From: Girardia tigrina
Taxonomy: Eukaryota
Assembly (NCBI GenBank): GCA_001938485.1
Contig: MQRK01223938.1
Span: forward strand, 38,233 to 88,896
Direction: 5' to 3'
Length of the DNA stretch: 50,664 nt
Under the pieces are notes generated by a model. That model was not told the DNA's origin. It searched no databases and worked only from the letters and a program-made list of their open reading frames with translations. The translations under genes were made by a program, and so were the position numbers. This document shows, one piece after another, positions 36,617-49,698 of the stretch; position 1 is the first letter of the stretch, and every line of letters begins with the position of its first letter.

Positions 36617-39400
36617 TATTTGTCATTAATAAGTTTAAAAAAATATATTTACTTTCAGAACCCCTGGAATTCCGTTCATATATTTCATGAAGGAAAAAAT
36701 AACTTATTGGTAATTTCAGGTTCTTAAATAGCTCTCAGAAGACCGGACTAACCAAATTAGCAATTGGACCCGAAATAAGAGGTCTAAATTCTTCACCGAA
36801 ACAAGTAATAAAATTTAGACCGAAGGTTCCCAATTTGTTTTTACTCGTAGACCCCTTGCCATGATTTTCAGTTTTGGGTAGACCCCCTGCTAAGAAAAAC
36901 TATAGACCCCGTTGATTTTTAATTACACAATGTGAAAAATCTTTGTGACACAATCTCAAAAATAATGATTATGATTTTAAAAAGGACATTTTTTTATAAA
37001 AAGATTTTTTTATTCTATAAAATGAAATAAAGCAGAAAAAGTATTCATAAATAAAAATATTTAATTTCTTCATTAATAATAAGTCTGAATATCGATACAT
37101 AAATGTTTCAAAAATCTTTGGTTTGTAATTGCTAAAAAAAATATTTGGCTGGGAAAATTAAATTTTTGTTATTAAAAGAAATTGTTTCTTGATTTTAATA
37201 AATCAAAAAAAATACTTTTTCACTAAAACAAGAAAAAATTACTTCAGCAAAAACATGCATAATTGTTGTTTTAGTTTTCTGAATTTTTTATTTTTTGAAA
37301 AAAAAATAAAAATTAAATTTTCTTTTAATTTATTTTATGAATAAAAATTAATAGTAAAAAAAGTTATATGTATGTATATAATTTTAATTTTTTAATATTT
37401 TTGATAATTATCTTTTTTTTATATTTTATGCTTTTAAAATCCTTTTTTGATAATGTTTTTTAAAAATTATTTTTCAAAAAAGAAAAAAATAAATTATATA
37501 TATATATATATATTTGTAATTATTATTTATTTTAAATAATTCCCGTGTTTAGCTGGAATTAATAATTTATATTTCTAATAAGTGAATCAGAAAAAAATAT
37601 TATGTAGAAAAATTAATTTTTCAAAGTTTTTTTTCTTCTTTCGTTGAGCTTAATCAATATCGATATTTTTATCAAATATCTCAGCTGGATAGTTGTATCA
37701 AATGAAGCTGCCATCAATATAGGCTTTTTTAATCAACTTTCCTCCTAATATCTACGGTAATTAAATTACAATTCTGGTTCAATTATAACATCGATAATCT
37801 ATTAGATTTGGATTTTCTACTTTAAATCATTGAATATTATATTTCAAACAATTAAAACAATCTTCTCTTTTTCTATTTCTAATGATTTTCAAAAAATATT
37901 TAATTAAAATTAATTTTATTTAATTATATAAATATTTTAGTTTTAGTTTAATGATTTTTCTTTTGTTTTATTTATTTATTTTCTACAAATCAATTTTTAC
38001 TTTTTAAATTATTTTTATTAATATTATTTTTATTTCATTCATTTGATTATTTATATTTATTATTAGTTTTAAAATTTCGATAGAAATTTTAGATATGAAC
38101 TTTTGATATTTTTTCACTCAAATATTTTACTTAAAAAAATTAAAACATTTTTTTCGATATTTTTCTATTTATTTTCTAATAATATTTAATTTAAACTAAA
38201 ATGTATAAAATATATTTTAGCTTTTGTTTGTCATTTTTTTCCTTTTTTATTTATAATTTCAAAAAATCAATTTTTTTTCAAATTAAGTTTTTTTTGAAAA
38301 ATTTATATGTATATTGATTATTTTTTTCATTTTATTTATTTAATTATTATATTTATTTTTATTTTAAAAATGTCAATAGTAATTTGAGGTTTCAATTTTC
38401 TATATTAAATAATTGAAATATTTAATTTTTAAAAAAATTACAAAATTTTTTAATTTTTTTGGTTTAATGTTTCATTAAAATAAATTTGATTATTTTTTAT
38501 TTTAATCATTAAATATTTTTTGAAAGTGATTGCAAGGGATTATAATTTAAAGGAAAAAATATTATAACATTTTTTTAATTTATAAGTAAAGGTAATAAAT
38601 TGTTTGTCATTGAAAATAAAATTTATTTCGAAATGGATTTTAATTTCATCTATTTCAATTTATATTAAAATAATTGTTAATGTTCTAAAGTGAAACGTTT
38701 TACGAGCCCAATGGGATATTTTTTTATTTTCGTTTAGAATTAACTATAATATAATTTTATTATTTTTCATTTTTAAATGCTTACATAAAATGTTATAACA
38801 AACGCAAAATTATAAAATTAATAGAAACACAATGCAAAGAAAAAAGAAGTCAAATGGAAAAATATGACGAAAATAAGGACAAAAAAGAATCATTTTTTTA
38901 GAATTAAAAGTTGTGAATCATTTCGAAAAAATTTTAATTGAAAATTATGCTAATTTTTTTAAATTATTTTTTATCTATTTATGTTGCTTTATTTTTACTT
39001 TTCATAGTCATACTACTATTATGAAATACTTTATTATTATTTTCTAAGTATAATATGACAAAAATACTTAGTGAAGACTTTTATTCAACAAAATATTTTA
39101 TTAAGAACAAAAATTATAATAGTAAATAAAATTTTTATTATTTATTAATAATAAATTGAGAACTTTTAACAACGTTGATGATATTTACTTGAGACAACGA
39201 TGGGATATTGAGATTAAAAAGGAAATATAAAAGAATTTAATTATTCCCCATTTTAAGACTTTTGTTTTTTTGTATCCGGAGCTTTTTATTTCCTTTTAAA
39301 ATTTATATTTAACGTTAATAATTATAATTTATTGATTTATTTAATTATGATCTGTTATAAATAAATTTTATATTAGTTTATAAATATAAATAATACATAA

Positions 39401-39437
<37 letters not shown>

Positions 39438-39487
39438 NNNNNNNNNNNNNNNNNNNNNNNNNNNNNNNNNNNNNNNNNNNNNNNNNN

Positions 39488-39530
<43 letters not shown>

Positions 39531-40239
39531 CACCGTTAATCTAAAACTTCGTTTATCCGGACGACGAATTTCAACTGATTTCAACAGATTACAAAAAAAA
39601 TCGCTATGCAAGTGAGAATATGTCGGTTTATCGTGAAGAAGGATTGAACATACAAAACTTACTAAAGAACGCTGATTTACTAGATGTAGTGGCAATCATG
39701 TTTGAGGCATTGAAGATTGCAAAATATGTTTAGAAATGTTGAAAGTATGATATAAGAAATTTCTACAAACGAAGACGAATCTACATCGACGCTAGTTTAA
39801 GGTTTATGGAAATATTGTCAAAAAATAAGATTACTTTGAATGAAATAGGGGGATGTGAAATAAGCAGTTTGGGAAAGTGGAAGGGAAAAAAAATTTTGAA
39901 ACATATATTCCATGATAGAATCATCACCCTGATATTTATTTCGCTTGTTTGAAAACTGTGAGAGAAATATATTTTTAAAAAATGCATTTTAAAATTCTGT
40001 CTTTATCTTTTGAATTTTGGTAGTTTAGCTGCTTTGTTCTTTTCATTCTTTTAAGCCATCTTTTAAGTATTTTATTTATATTCCCATTGGTTTGTCTTCT
40101 TCCACTCTTCCTTCAATCATAACAGTCGCTAGTGCTTGTTTTCATTTTAGATTCCCCTATAATTTCCTATTCCTTCTTTATGCTCGTTTAAACTTTCAAT
40201 CTGAAAGTTATACATATTAATAACATTTTATATTCCAAA

Positions 40240-40728
40240 TTGATTAAAATGGAATATATATACATACATATATATATACATGTATATATATATATATAAA
40301 AAATAAAAATAACAAACGCCATTTTAAAAGTTTTTTATTTCCCAAAACATGTTTCGCCATTACGGCATCATCAATTGTGAAGTGAATTTCAAATTACAAG
40401 TCATTTATATAGCACATTGACTATTACCCAATTAATCTTTTTTTTTAATATTAAAAGATTTTAATATGATTGGATAATTCACTTTGAACATTTAAGCATG
40501 GTTTTAAATGCTTTATTAATAATGCCTCAGTGACTATCCTCTCATGATATATGTCTAAATTTGTCTTCAAAACAGTAAATTCAGTTTCATAGTTAACTTT
40601 ATCTCTATATCTGCATTTTTTAATGTGATCTAGAATCGAGCTATTCCTACTCAATTGGGTGTGTTCAGCTATTCTAGTGCGGAGATGACGATTTGTTTCT
40701 CCAATGTACAAGGATTCACACTTGTGAC
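40240..40728 (-). mobile_element. Penelope-like element 3' end (GIY-YIG plus pseudo-LTR) between (TA)n tracts
   Basis: HKCESLYIGETNRHLRTRIAEH...EALLIKHLKPCLNVQ followed by a hammerhead, AATAAA and AAAATGGCG. Confidence 0.9.
40339..40381 (-). ncRNA. Minimal type I hammerhead ribozyme motif (C3>U)
   Basis: ttcacaa TTGATGA T GCC-gtaat-GGC GAAA CATG TT ttgggaa; helix I pairs 6 of 7; palindromic CATG loop. Confidence 0.75.
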
Positions 40729-40778
40729 NNNNNNNNNNNNNNNNNNNNNNNNNNNNNNNNNNNNNNNNNNNNNNNNNN

Positions 40779-40815
<37 letters not shown>

Positions 40816-40886
40816 AATGTTTTTGTAAAAAAAGTTTTGTTGTTATTACTTGTGTTCGATTCATATTGGGGACCCATACCGAATGA

Positions 40887-41465
40887 GACCTAAAAAAATT
40901 AACATATAAAAATTCGAATACTTTATCAAATGATTATTCAAATAAAGGATCATCATTTCAAAAGTTCGCACCAATTAAGCGACTTCTCAAAGTAACTCAT
41001 TCTAAAAGGTCGGTTATTCTTCTTGGAACTCATTCCGATACGATTTCCCTGATACTAAACAGTCGGCATTCACAAGAATATATTGTGGAACAATCTGCTA
41101 ATCATTTAGACCTTCTTAGCACGTCGAAATTACATCGGATAATATCGGTTTCATCCAAAGACAATATTATTGAGTTGCACAAGAAAAATGTTTTCCCGCT
41201 TGATCTCCTTCTTAGTTATAAATCAGCTAAGCAAATTGGACAACTGAGGATCTGTAAGAATCCCCAAATCAAATCCAGCAAATCAGACTGTAAAAAATTA
41301 TTTTCACAATTAAAGGAATTCGAGGCAAAATGGTTTTATTTAATAAATGAATGTGTATTCCCGAGTCACGTCCCAGACACATGTGAAGCAATCATTGAAA
41401 AAGTCGAAGAGATTCAAATGGAAGACATTTGGTTACAAATCGATCAGTTCGAATACTCAGATTAA
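40887..41465 (+). pseudogene. DLG5: DLG5-like MAGUK guanylate-kinase-like domain fragment (open frame of 193 codons, no ATG start)
   Basis: KRSVILLG, IIELHKKNVFPLDLLLSYKSAKQIGQLR and CEAIIEKVEEIQMEDIWL resemble DLG5 RPVLILG, IERLHHMHIYPIVIFIHYKSAKHIKEQR and CTQILAMVNQEQNKVLWI. Confidence 0.7.
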
Positions 41466-41664
41466 ACGAGTATTTTAATGTAACTTTTACGCGTTCTTTC
41501 CTATTTCAATTATAAAAACAAATAATCATTTTTGTAAAAAAAATAAAAATGAAGAAAAAAAATTATTAAATAAAATAAATAAAAAAGTCAAAAAAGAAAG
41601 AAAAAGAAAAAAAAATATTAAAAAAAGTAGTAAAAAAAATTTTTTATCGATTGTTTCTGATTTA

Positions 41665-41910
41665 TGGCGGTAAATTAGCGTACATGACTTTGTTGAAATT
41701 GATTTGTTTTAATGAATTGATTTTGAAATGATAAAAATTGGCGCGAAATTTTTTTAGTAAATATTTTGAAAATAAAGACGCCATTGTAAATTGTTAAAGA
41801 AAATAAAAGTTTTCTGATTGATTGCGTTTTCTATTTGAGATATTTGAATTCGAATTATAAAAAAATGGTTTAAATGAAAGAGAGAAAAATCTGATTCGGC
41901 GCGAATTTGA
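41665..41910 (+). promoter_or_regulatory. Cluster of E2F-like sites upstream of the PKA-like ATG
   Basis: TTGGCGCGAAA at 41738-41748, GGCGCGAAtttga at 41898 and TGGCGGTAAA at 41665 in otherwise CpG-poor DNA. Confidence 0.4.
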
Positions 41911-41971
41911 TGTTAAAAAAATTAAAAGTCGATGCACATTCGACAATTGGATTCCAATGCTATTTGAATGT

Positions 41972-42640
41972 ATGGGAAATAATAACGCGACGAGTTACAA
42001 TCGCAATTTTTTGAATATCGCTTATCTTGACTAAAAACCCGAGAATATCTTAAGATGAATCGATGGCCTTTTGAAGGTCGCCGATTTCGGATTCGCAAAA
42101 CTCGTCCCGAATCAGATGTGCATGTTGTGCGGGACGCCCGAAATAATCGCCAATTGGAGTTGCAGTCGAGCGGTCGATTGGTGGATGTTCTGAGTTCTCG
42201 TGTTCGAAGTTTTCGTCGGCTATTCGGCGTTTTTCTCCGATTATAATCGTCAGATTTTAGAAAAAATTATACCAATGAAATTCACATTTCCACGACACTT
42301 TTCTAAGGAAATTCGATCTCTTATTAGAAAGTTATTGGAGCCGGATTTGACGAAACGAGTCGGTAATTTGAAGATCAAAGTCGATGATGTTAAAGAGCAG
42401 AAATGGTTTTGTGATGGAATGAATTGGTCGTAGTTATTTGAAACGGAGGATGGGGCTCAAGCGGCGAGCCGCAGAGATCTGACGAAAGAGATGAGCGAGT
42501 CATGGAGCGAGGATGATGGCAGTAAGATTACGTTGAATTCAAGCCCCCAGCATCCCGCAGATCATCCCCCAATACGAAAACGACGCGGCCACCACGCTGC
42601 GCCCGTTCTCGCACCAATAACTTTTTTTTAAAAAATGTTA
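41972..42640 (+). pseudogene. PRKAC: cAMP-dependent protein kinase catalytic subunit pseudogene
   Basis: One frame reads MGNNNATS...LNIAYLD*KPENIL..KVADFGFAK..LCGTPE..AVDWW..FPRHFSKEIRSLIRKLLEPDLTKRVGNLK..KWF. Four internal stops; N-lobe and YLAPE deleted. Confidence 0.9.
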
Positions 42641-43119
42641 ATTTTTATCAAAAAGATTAAAACTATTTGTTATCGTTACTTTTTTGTATTTATATATTAT
42701 AAAATGATTATTAAATTTTGTTCCAAAAAATAATTTATGAGCTAGATAAATTGTTTTATGTATTTTTGTTGAAAATCGATTAAAAAAACTATTTTATGTT
42801 TTTTTGTATCTGGAAAGTTCTAAGAGTAAAAGATACTGTTTGTTTTAATATTTGAAATTAAATTGTGAGTTGATCAAATGTTTGATTGAAAATTGTTTTT
42901 TTTATATTTGACGAATTAGATCTGAAATGAACTTAATTTGTAAAAACTTAATATTTACTTTTTACGCGGTATATTCGGACAGCGTTCATCCAAATTAATG
43001 ATCTACATATTATCAGGATTGTTATTGTTGTCCTATCTCATAATAAGCTTCGTTGATCGAATTTCCGATTAAAGAAAGATCCTGAAATCGTTATAATAGT
43101 GAGACTAGTGGTGACGTTG

Positions 43120-43560
43120 ATCGTGATATTTGTCACAGTTGTGATTTGTTGCGCTCTTGTGTATAACTTTATCACCCGAGGAGATGTGATATTTGTGAAC
43201 AGTTGCAAAATACGTTTAAAAATCTATTCATTTTTGAAGCATTACTTCAACTGGACTACTTACTAACAGAAACTATTTACTAATAAGGTAAAGATTATGT
43301 TAATGAAAATACTTCTGTTTTTTGAGACAAGAAACAGTTTTACAGCTTCTCCACCCTGTTGATCATGTCGCATTTGAAATATTGGATTGCCCTGTCATTA
43401 TCAAAAGTATAATGGATACGATTAAAGAAGATTGATTAGAAAGTTCTATGAAATATTTAAAAATTGTTACATTTATAATCCGCTTAAAATCCGATTGTAT
43501 CGATGGGAATGGAATAAATCATTTTATGTTTCTGAAATTGCAATTTATGCTTTCCAGAAA
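43120..43560 (+). pseudogene. PHD-bromodomain protein fragment (ZMYND8/11- or BET-like)
   Basis: DICHSC..ICC..LYH..CDICEQ, QLDYLL, HPVDHVAFEILDCPVIIKSIMD and IFKNCYIYNP across frameshifts; intron-like gtaaag...ag begins at 43288. Confidence 0.6.
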
Positions 43561-45469
43561 TATCAGACCTTTTAAAAAGGATTTTCAATTTCGGATCGTT
43601 ATCGATAGTTAAAATCCAAAAAATCTGTCCATTCTTTTCCTAGCGGAATCAGCTGCGTCTTTATGGGCTCGGACACAGCTACGAAAAAATCGAACAACAT
43701 TTTACTTCTCATTGTCAAATATTTTCAGGTTTTAATATTTATTATTATTTTTTAATATTTTTATTTGTTTAATGTACTTTATATAAAAAGAAAAGTTGTT
43801 TAAAATTCAAATTATTTTTCCTTTAATTACTGTTTACAATTTAACAAAACATTTTTTTGGATTTTTATTAAAATCTAAGATAAAAAATGGTATTAATTCA
43901 AATAAAAAAAATTTGTAAGTTATGAAAATTTTGTTATCTTTACAATAAAAAAATGTTAATTTTGTTTGAATAATATTTTTATTATTTAACTTTGTTTATT
44001 TTTTTAATTATTAAAAAAAATATATTTAAGTATATTTACAATTGTCGAATAAATATTATCATAATATCAATTTTAATTAAAATAAATATTAAATACTTTT
44101 TATAAATAAATATTTTGAAAATGTTTTAATTACGAATATATTTATTTATTAAATTAAATATGCAATTGATATTACAAATATTTAATTTAACTTTTGTTTT
44201 TTATTATTTTTTTGATTGATTTTTAAGAAATATTAAATTAAAACAAAATTGATGAAGTTTTTTTTATAATTATGATGTAAAATGTTTGATATATTTGAAA
44301 AATAGCTTGTTCATTTTTTAAATGGTTTTTTACGTGAGTTTTTATTGATTTTTATGTTCTGATAAAAGCAATTTGTTTCTTTTTTAAAAAATCAGTCTAT
44401 TAAAAAAGACTTGAAATATGTTAAGCAAAGAATTTATTGATTTTTTGGAATTTTTTATGTTTGGTTTTTTTTAATTAGGACTTTCGATAAAATAATTAAA
44501 GAAATTAATGGAATTTTAAAAATCAATTATAAATTAATTTTGATTTTAATAAAATCAATATTTTAAATTTAGTACTTTTAATTTATTTTTATATTCCTTG
44601 TTATGATTGTGGTGCTCCTGTCAAACGACCGAAATTATAAAACTGACTTATTTAAATAAATTAATGAAAAATAATTTTTGTGTAACAAATTTGAATATCA
44701 TTAATTAAAAAACATTTTTTTCTCAACTATGTTTGTTATTTACCTCGAAGTATAGAAGAAAAACGTGTCAAAAATTAAAATTTGTTGAAATGAGTGGGGA
44801 ATCACACTACACTGCCCTACAGCGGGCCTGATCTGTCGGATCCCGTGCGTCATCTCCTCACACAATTAGTCGACGCACGTCGGATCCACGCGACCACATT
44901 AACTGCGTATTTGGGTCACGGGTCGATGAATCGAGTCGATTATCCAACACTTCGAGCTGCATTGACGGTCACAGAAAGAGGCACGCGTTACGGGAAGCTG
45001 CAGTTAACCGGATATGAGACCGCTACTCAGCGGTGCACCGATCGGTATCGTTCAGGTCTAATCGAACTCTGATCGGCACAGAACCGGCCGATCCTTTCGC
45101 TGAATTGTAATTTCTCGAACAAGAAAAGGTGCTGGCCGCCGCCATTCATTCCGGTAGCGGCACCTCAATGATCATTATACTACCAAAAATAATTTTGTTA
45201 ACAAATTGGTAAATTTTCGAAAAGTTTATTTTTTACACTTTTTGATCAAGAATAAATTTTTAACTAAATTATTATTATATTCTTGGCGTTAGTCATTATG
45301 GTCTAATACGAAGATTATTTAAAAAATAAAATTTTTATTTTCATAAATATTTTTGTCTTTTATACAGAGACAAATAAACAAAAAAAATTATAGAGCTTTC
45401 TTTTGCTTTAAAAACTTGAGAAAAAATTTAAAATATGTATTCTTTCGTATTTTACCTTCATCTTTTATA

Positions 45470-46577
45470 TTGGGTTGGCCAAAAAGTCATTGCGTTTTTT
45501 GCTAAAATATTTATTATCAAAAAATGACATGGATGCACAAATATTTTTACACGATATACTGTCCATTATTTTCAATCACTTTCTTCCACCTTTCCGGTAG
45601 CTTCATTATTCCTGATTCATAAAAACCTTTGCCTTTGTCAGCAAAAAAGCCGTCTAGAAACGATTTGATGTCATCATCACTGGCGAATGTTTATTTCTGT
45701 TTAAGGAATTCTGCAGTGATCTAAATAAGTGAAAATCAGATGGGGCCAAGTCTGGAGAATACGGTGGGTACGGCAAAACCTCCCAACCCAGTGATAAAAG
45801 TTTCTGGCGAGTGGTCAAACTTGTATGTGGTCTTGCGTTATCATGCTGAATTACAAATCCTTTCCGATTTACCAATTCAGGACGTTCCTGTTGAATTGAA
45901 TGAGCCAATTTTTCCAGCTTTCCACAATATCTGTCTGAATTAATGATTTCATTCCTCGGAAGGAGGTCAAAAAACACAATTCCTTTAAAATCCTACCAGA
46001 CGGTAAGCATAACCTTCTTTTGGTGAATTTCTGCTTTTGGGATCGTTTTGGCAGGCTCACCACATTTTGTCCATGATCGTTTCTTTAAATGACTTCCAAC
46101 ACTTGATTTTAATATTTCCAGAGTCTCTGCAACTTCTCTTGTCGTCATATGTGGATTAGATTTGATCAGTGCTGTTATTTTATCGCCATCAACTTCAACT
46201 GGTCGACCGGAGCGTGGTGCATCTTTCAGATGAAATTTTTCAGAACGAAATTTAGAAAACCAGTTTTGACACTGTCGAAGTTTTAAGGAGTCACTTCCAT
46301 ATACAAAACATATCTTCTTATGAGCTTGCACAGCGGTTTTCCTTTTGCGAAAATAATACAACAAAACATGACGAATATGCTCATTTTGATTTTCCATTTC
46401 GAATTGACGGTAAAGTAATAAATTAAAACAAAATCAATTAATATTTTGTATAAACATAGTCTGAAAATTAAGGTTTCAGAATATATAATTGAATTTAAAT
46501 TTTACCACATCGTTTTATACTTTCTAGCTTTTTATTAGGACGTACTCAAAAACGCAATGACTTTTTGGTCAACCCAA
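45470..46577 (-). mobile_element. Mariner transposon, same family as 17988-18963, central deletion
   Basis: TIRs ttgggttg with TA flanks; MENQNEHIRH N-terminus, QHDNARPH and YSPDLAPSDFHLF; lacks the WLPHEL-GDEKW segment. Confidence 0.95.
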
Positions 46578-47050
46578 TATTTTAGATATTTGAAAGTTTT
46601 TTTTATTTTTTTTCTTTTAAGTTGTTTTCCCATTATCTCTTTGGTATTCCTCTGATTGGATCTTTTTTGACTTAATTCAAATTTTAACTTTCCATAGTGC
46701 TTGTTTTCTTATCACATGTTCATTAAATTTCAGACTCGGTTTTGTGACTGTCTCTTATATTTATTCTGGTTTTTCACATAGCATTTCTGCTACTCTTTTT
46801 TAGCAAAGTTTTTTTCCTTTTTCTTTTCGTGTAATCGTCAGCATTCTCCTTAAGCACTTCATTTTAGCACTTTCAATTTATGTATATTCTTCTGATATAA
46901 TGTCAAACTCTCGTATCCATAGAGAGAGGTTGCTCCAGTAATTTTATAAAATAATTTTAAAATTTTGTTATAAGCTTATTAAAATTAAATTTTTTAATTA
47001 TTTATTATGTGAAATAATAATATTCCTTTCCGAAAATTTTTTTCTGAATT

Positions 47051-47221
47051 TAATGTAGGGGCTATTCCCGAAGTTTTATTAATTTTAAGTCAAAGATACT
47101 ATCGAAGTAGATTCGTCTACTTTTTTCGTGATTTCTTTCGTTATAAAAATCACGAAAAAAGTAGACAAAACTACTTCTTTGACTTAAAATTAATAAAACT
47201 TCGGGAATAGCCGCTACATTA
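47051..47221. mobile_element. Palindromic MITE of about 170 bp
   Basis: taatgtag.ggctattcccgaagttttattaattttaagtcaaaga is mirrored at the right end; inner arms gtctacttttttcgtgattt. Confidence 0.75.
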
Positions 47222-47680
47222 CAAAATAATAGCGAATAATTAATTTAGTAAATAATTTTAGAAATCACCATAGAAAATCGTTCCTTGGACGCCGAAACGA
47301 GTTCAAATAAAGCTAATCTTGGGTCTCAAAATTTGAGGTATAGTTTAATCTCTTGCAGGTCAATTTTTTAGAATGACAGGTTGAAGTTGACTATTTTTAA
47401 ACATTTATATTTTACTTTTTGGAATATACATAAATGCAGGCTTTTATTTATTTTTATCGTTGACACCATATTAGATAAATTATCACTGAAATATGAAACT
47501 CCATGTATACGCGGGATTTGTGTACTATGGTCCTTCTACTAAACCCAGCGTGTACATGGTATAAGACGGCAAGGGGTTAAGAATTTATTCTAACGACAAA
47601 TTACAATTAGCAAATTAAACAATCATTCACAAGGACAATGATATGTTATTCAAGTTTTTAGTGAAATTTATAGACTATAT

Positions 47681-49698
47681 CAGTGTTTCTCAAACCGTCT
47701 GCCGCGGTACACTACTGTGCCGTGGAAGAATTACAGATGTGCCGCGGGTTTTTCTTTAAATGTTCGTAACATTATAAAAGTCGGCCTACTTATTTCATCA
47801 TCCGCTGTGATGATGTCACCGCTCGTAACAACCAGTAATAGTAGCGCCAAATCAAAGCATAAATTTAGGCCACCCTGGCAGTCACACAACAGTCGTGGAA
47901 TTGTTAACGATAATAATATTTGGTGTGTTTCATATAAATTTTTATGTTGTATGCTTATATTTTACAATCTCAATTTTAGATTCTAAAATTATCAATAGAG
48001 TTTATTGAATAAACGATATTCATTTTTATCCATGGAAAAACATGTTAGCAAGTACAAAACTGTGAAAGCGTTAAATAAAAAGCATGGAACCAAACGAAAA
48101 TACAAAGAAGATTATATCGAGTATGGTTTCATATCTTCGGTACCAGATCCATTGCCATTCTGTCGGATCTGCAATTCAGCTCTGTCAAATGAGGCGCTTG
48201 CTTCAAGCAAATTGAAAAGACTTGGAAACGAAACATCCAGCTGTGAAAGAACAACCGAATTAATACTTCGAAAACATCAGGGATCAACAAAATAAACAAG
48301 CTAAGAAATTTACAAACTACCTAAAGCTGCCAGAAAAGGGATTGATTGCAAGTTATAAGGTTGCTCAGCTACTAGAAAAACGCAAAAAAGCTCATACAGA
48401 TGCTGAATCAGTCATTGTACCAGCTTTAGCAATAGTTGTTGAAACTGTCCTTGGGTTTCATGCTGCCGAAAAAGTTAAAAGAGTTCCTTTCTCAAACGAT
48501 ACTATCTCACGCAGAATTGAAGACTTATCGTCAGATTTAAAAGATCAAATCTGCGAACACTTTGAAGCGCCCGAAGATGAAATGTCTCTGTTGTGGTCTC
48601 TTCAAGTTGATGAATCTACTGACAATAGCAGCAAAACCCAGCTTCTGGCTTTTATTCGGTTCATAAAAGATGGAAAATGTGTCCGCGAGTACTTATTTTG
48701 CAAAGAATTACAAACTACGATCAAAGGCGAAGATATTTTCAATGTAGTGATCGAAAACATTTTACTTTTTAAACTACAATGGAAAAACTGTGTCAGTGTC
48801 TGCACCGATGACTTCCCGTTCATGCATGGAAGTAGAAATGGATTCGTAACTCTCGTGCTTCAAGAAAATCTAAATGTGTTGGTTGTTCACTGCATGATCC
48901 ACCGAGAAGCTCTTGCCTTCAAATCTTTACCAAAAGATATGATTTCTGTTCTGGATCAAGTGATTACAATTGTAAACTTCATCAAATCTCGACCACTTGC
49001 ATCACGACTTTTCTCTCAGTTACGTGAAGCAATGGATTCAGAGTATAAATACCTCCTATATCACACTAACGTTCGTTGGCTTTCTAGAGGAAAAGTGTTA
49101 AAGCGTGTCGTCCAACTCAAGGCTGAACTAATTTCGTTCTTAGAGACTGAACAAAAAAACCTTGAATTTTCTATACATGACGAGATCTAGCAGATTCGGG
49201 TGACATTTCCTTTTGATTTATTTTAAAAATTAAATTAAAAATTAAAATTAAATTAAATTCTTCAAGGGCCATCAGAAAACATCATCACTGCATCCTCAAA
49301 ACTGAAGTCATTTGGTGAAAAGTTGTTGCTGTGGCAAAGTAAGATCTTAAAAGGAGTCTTCGACTTCTTTCCTACTTACAACAAATGTTCTTCCAATAAA
49401 GAAATCACCTCCGAAATTATTTACACATTGACACACCTGCTGTCAGCACTGCAACATTACTTTCCAACACTGGCAAGTAATGAATATGGATGGGTCAGCC
49501 ATCCATTTGGAAACTACGAAACTACACATCTTATAACTGAAGAAGAAGAACAGCTCATTGATATAAAAAATAATGCATTTCTTCAGTCAAGATTTGCCTT
49601 TCATTTTAAGATGGGCTTAACTGTTGGTTTTCCTGGTGTGCCGCGATTTTTTTAGCTTCGTTACTGTGCCAATACACAAAAAAGTTTGAGAAACACTG
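47681..49698 (+). mobile_element. hAT transposon, Buster/Charlie group, defective
   Basis: TIR cagtgtttctcaaac; 8-bp TSD gactatat/aactatat with central TA; BED-like CRIC, LQVDESTD, HCMIHREAL and VRWLSRGKVL; stops and frameshifts. Confidence 0.95.

Noticed and set aside
42011-42433. Alternative genetic code to explain in-frame stops in the PKA-like frame
   Set aside because: The stops replace different residues (TAA for Leu, TGA for Gly), and the DDR exons read cleanly in the standard code; ordinary decay explains them.
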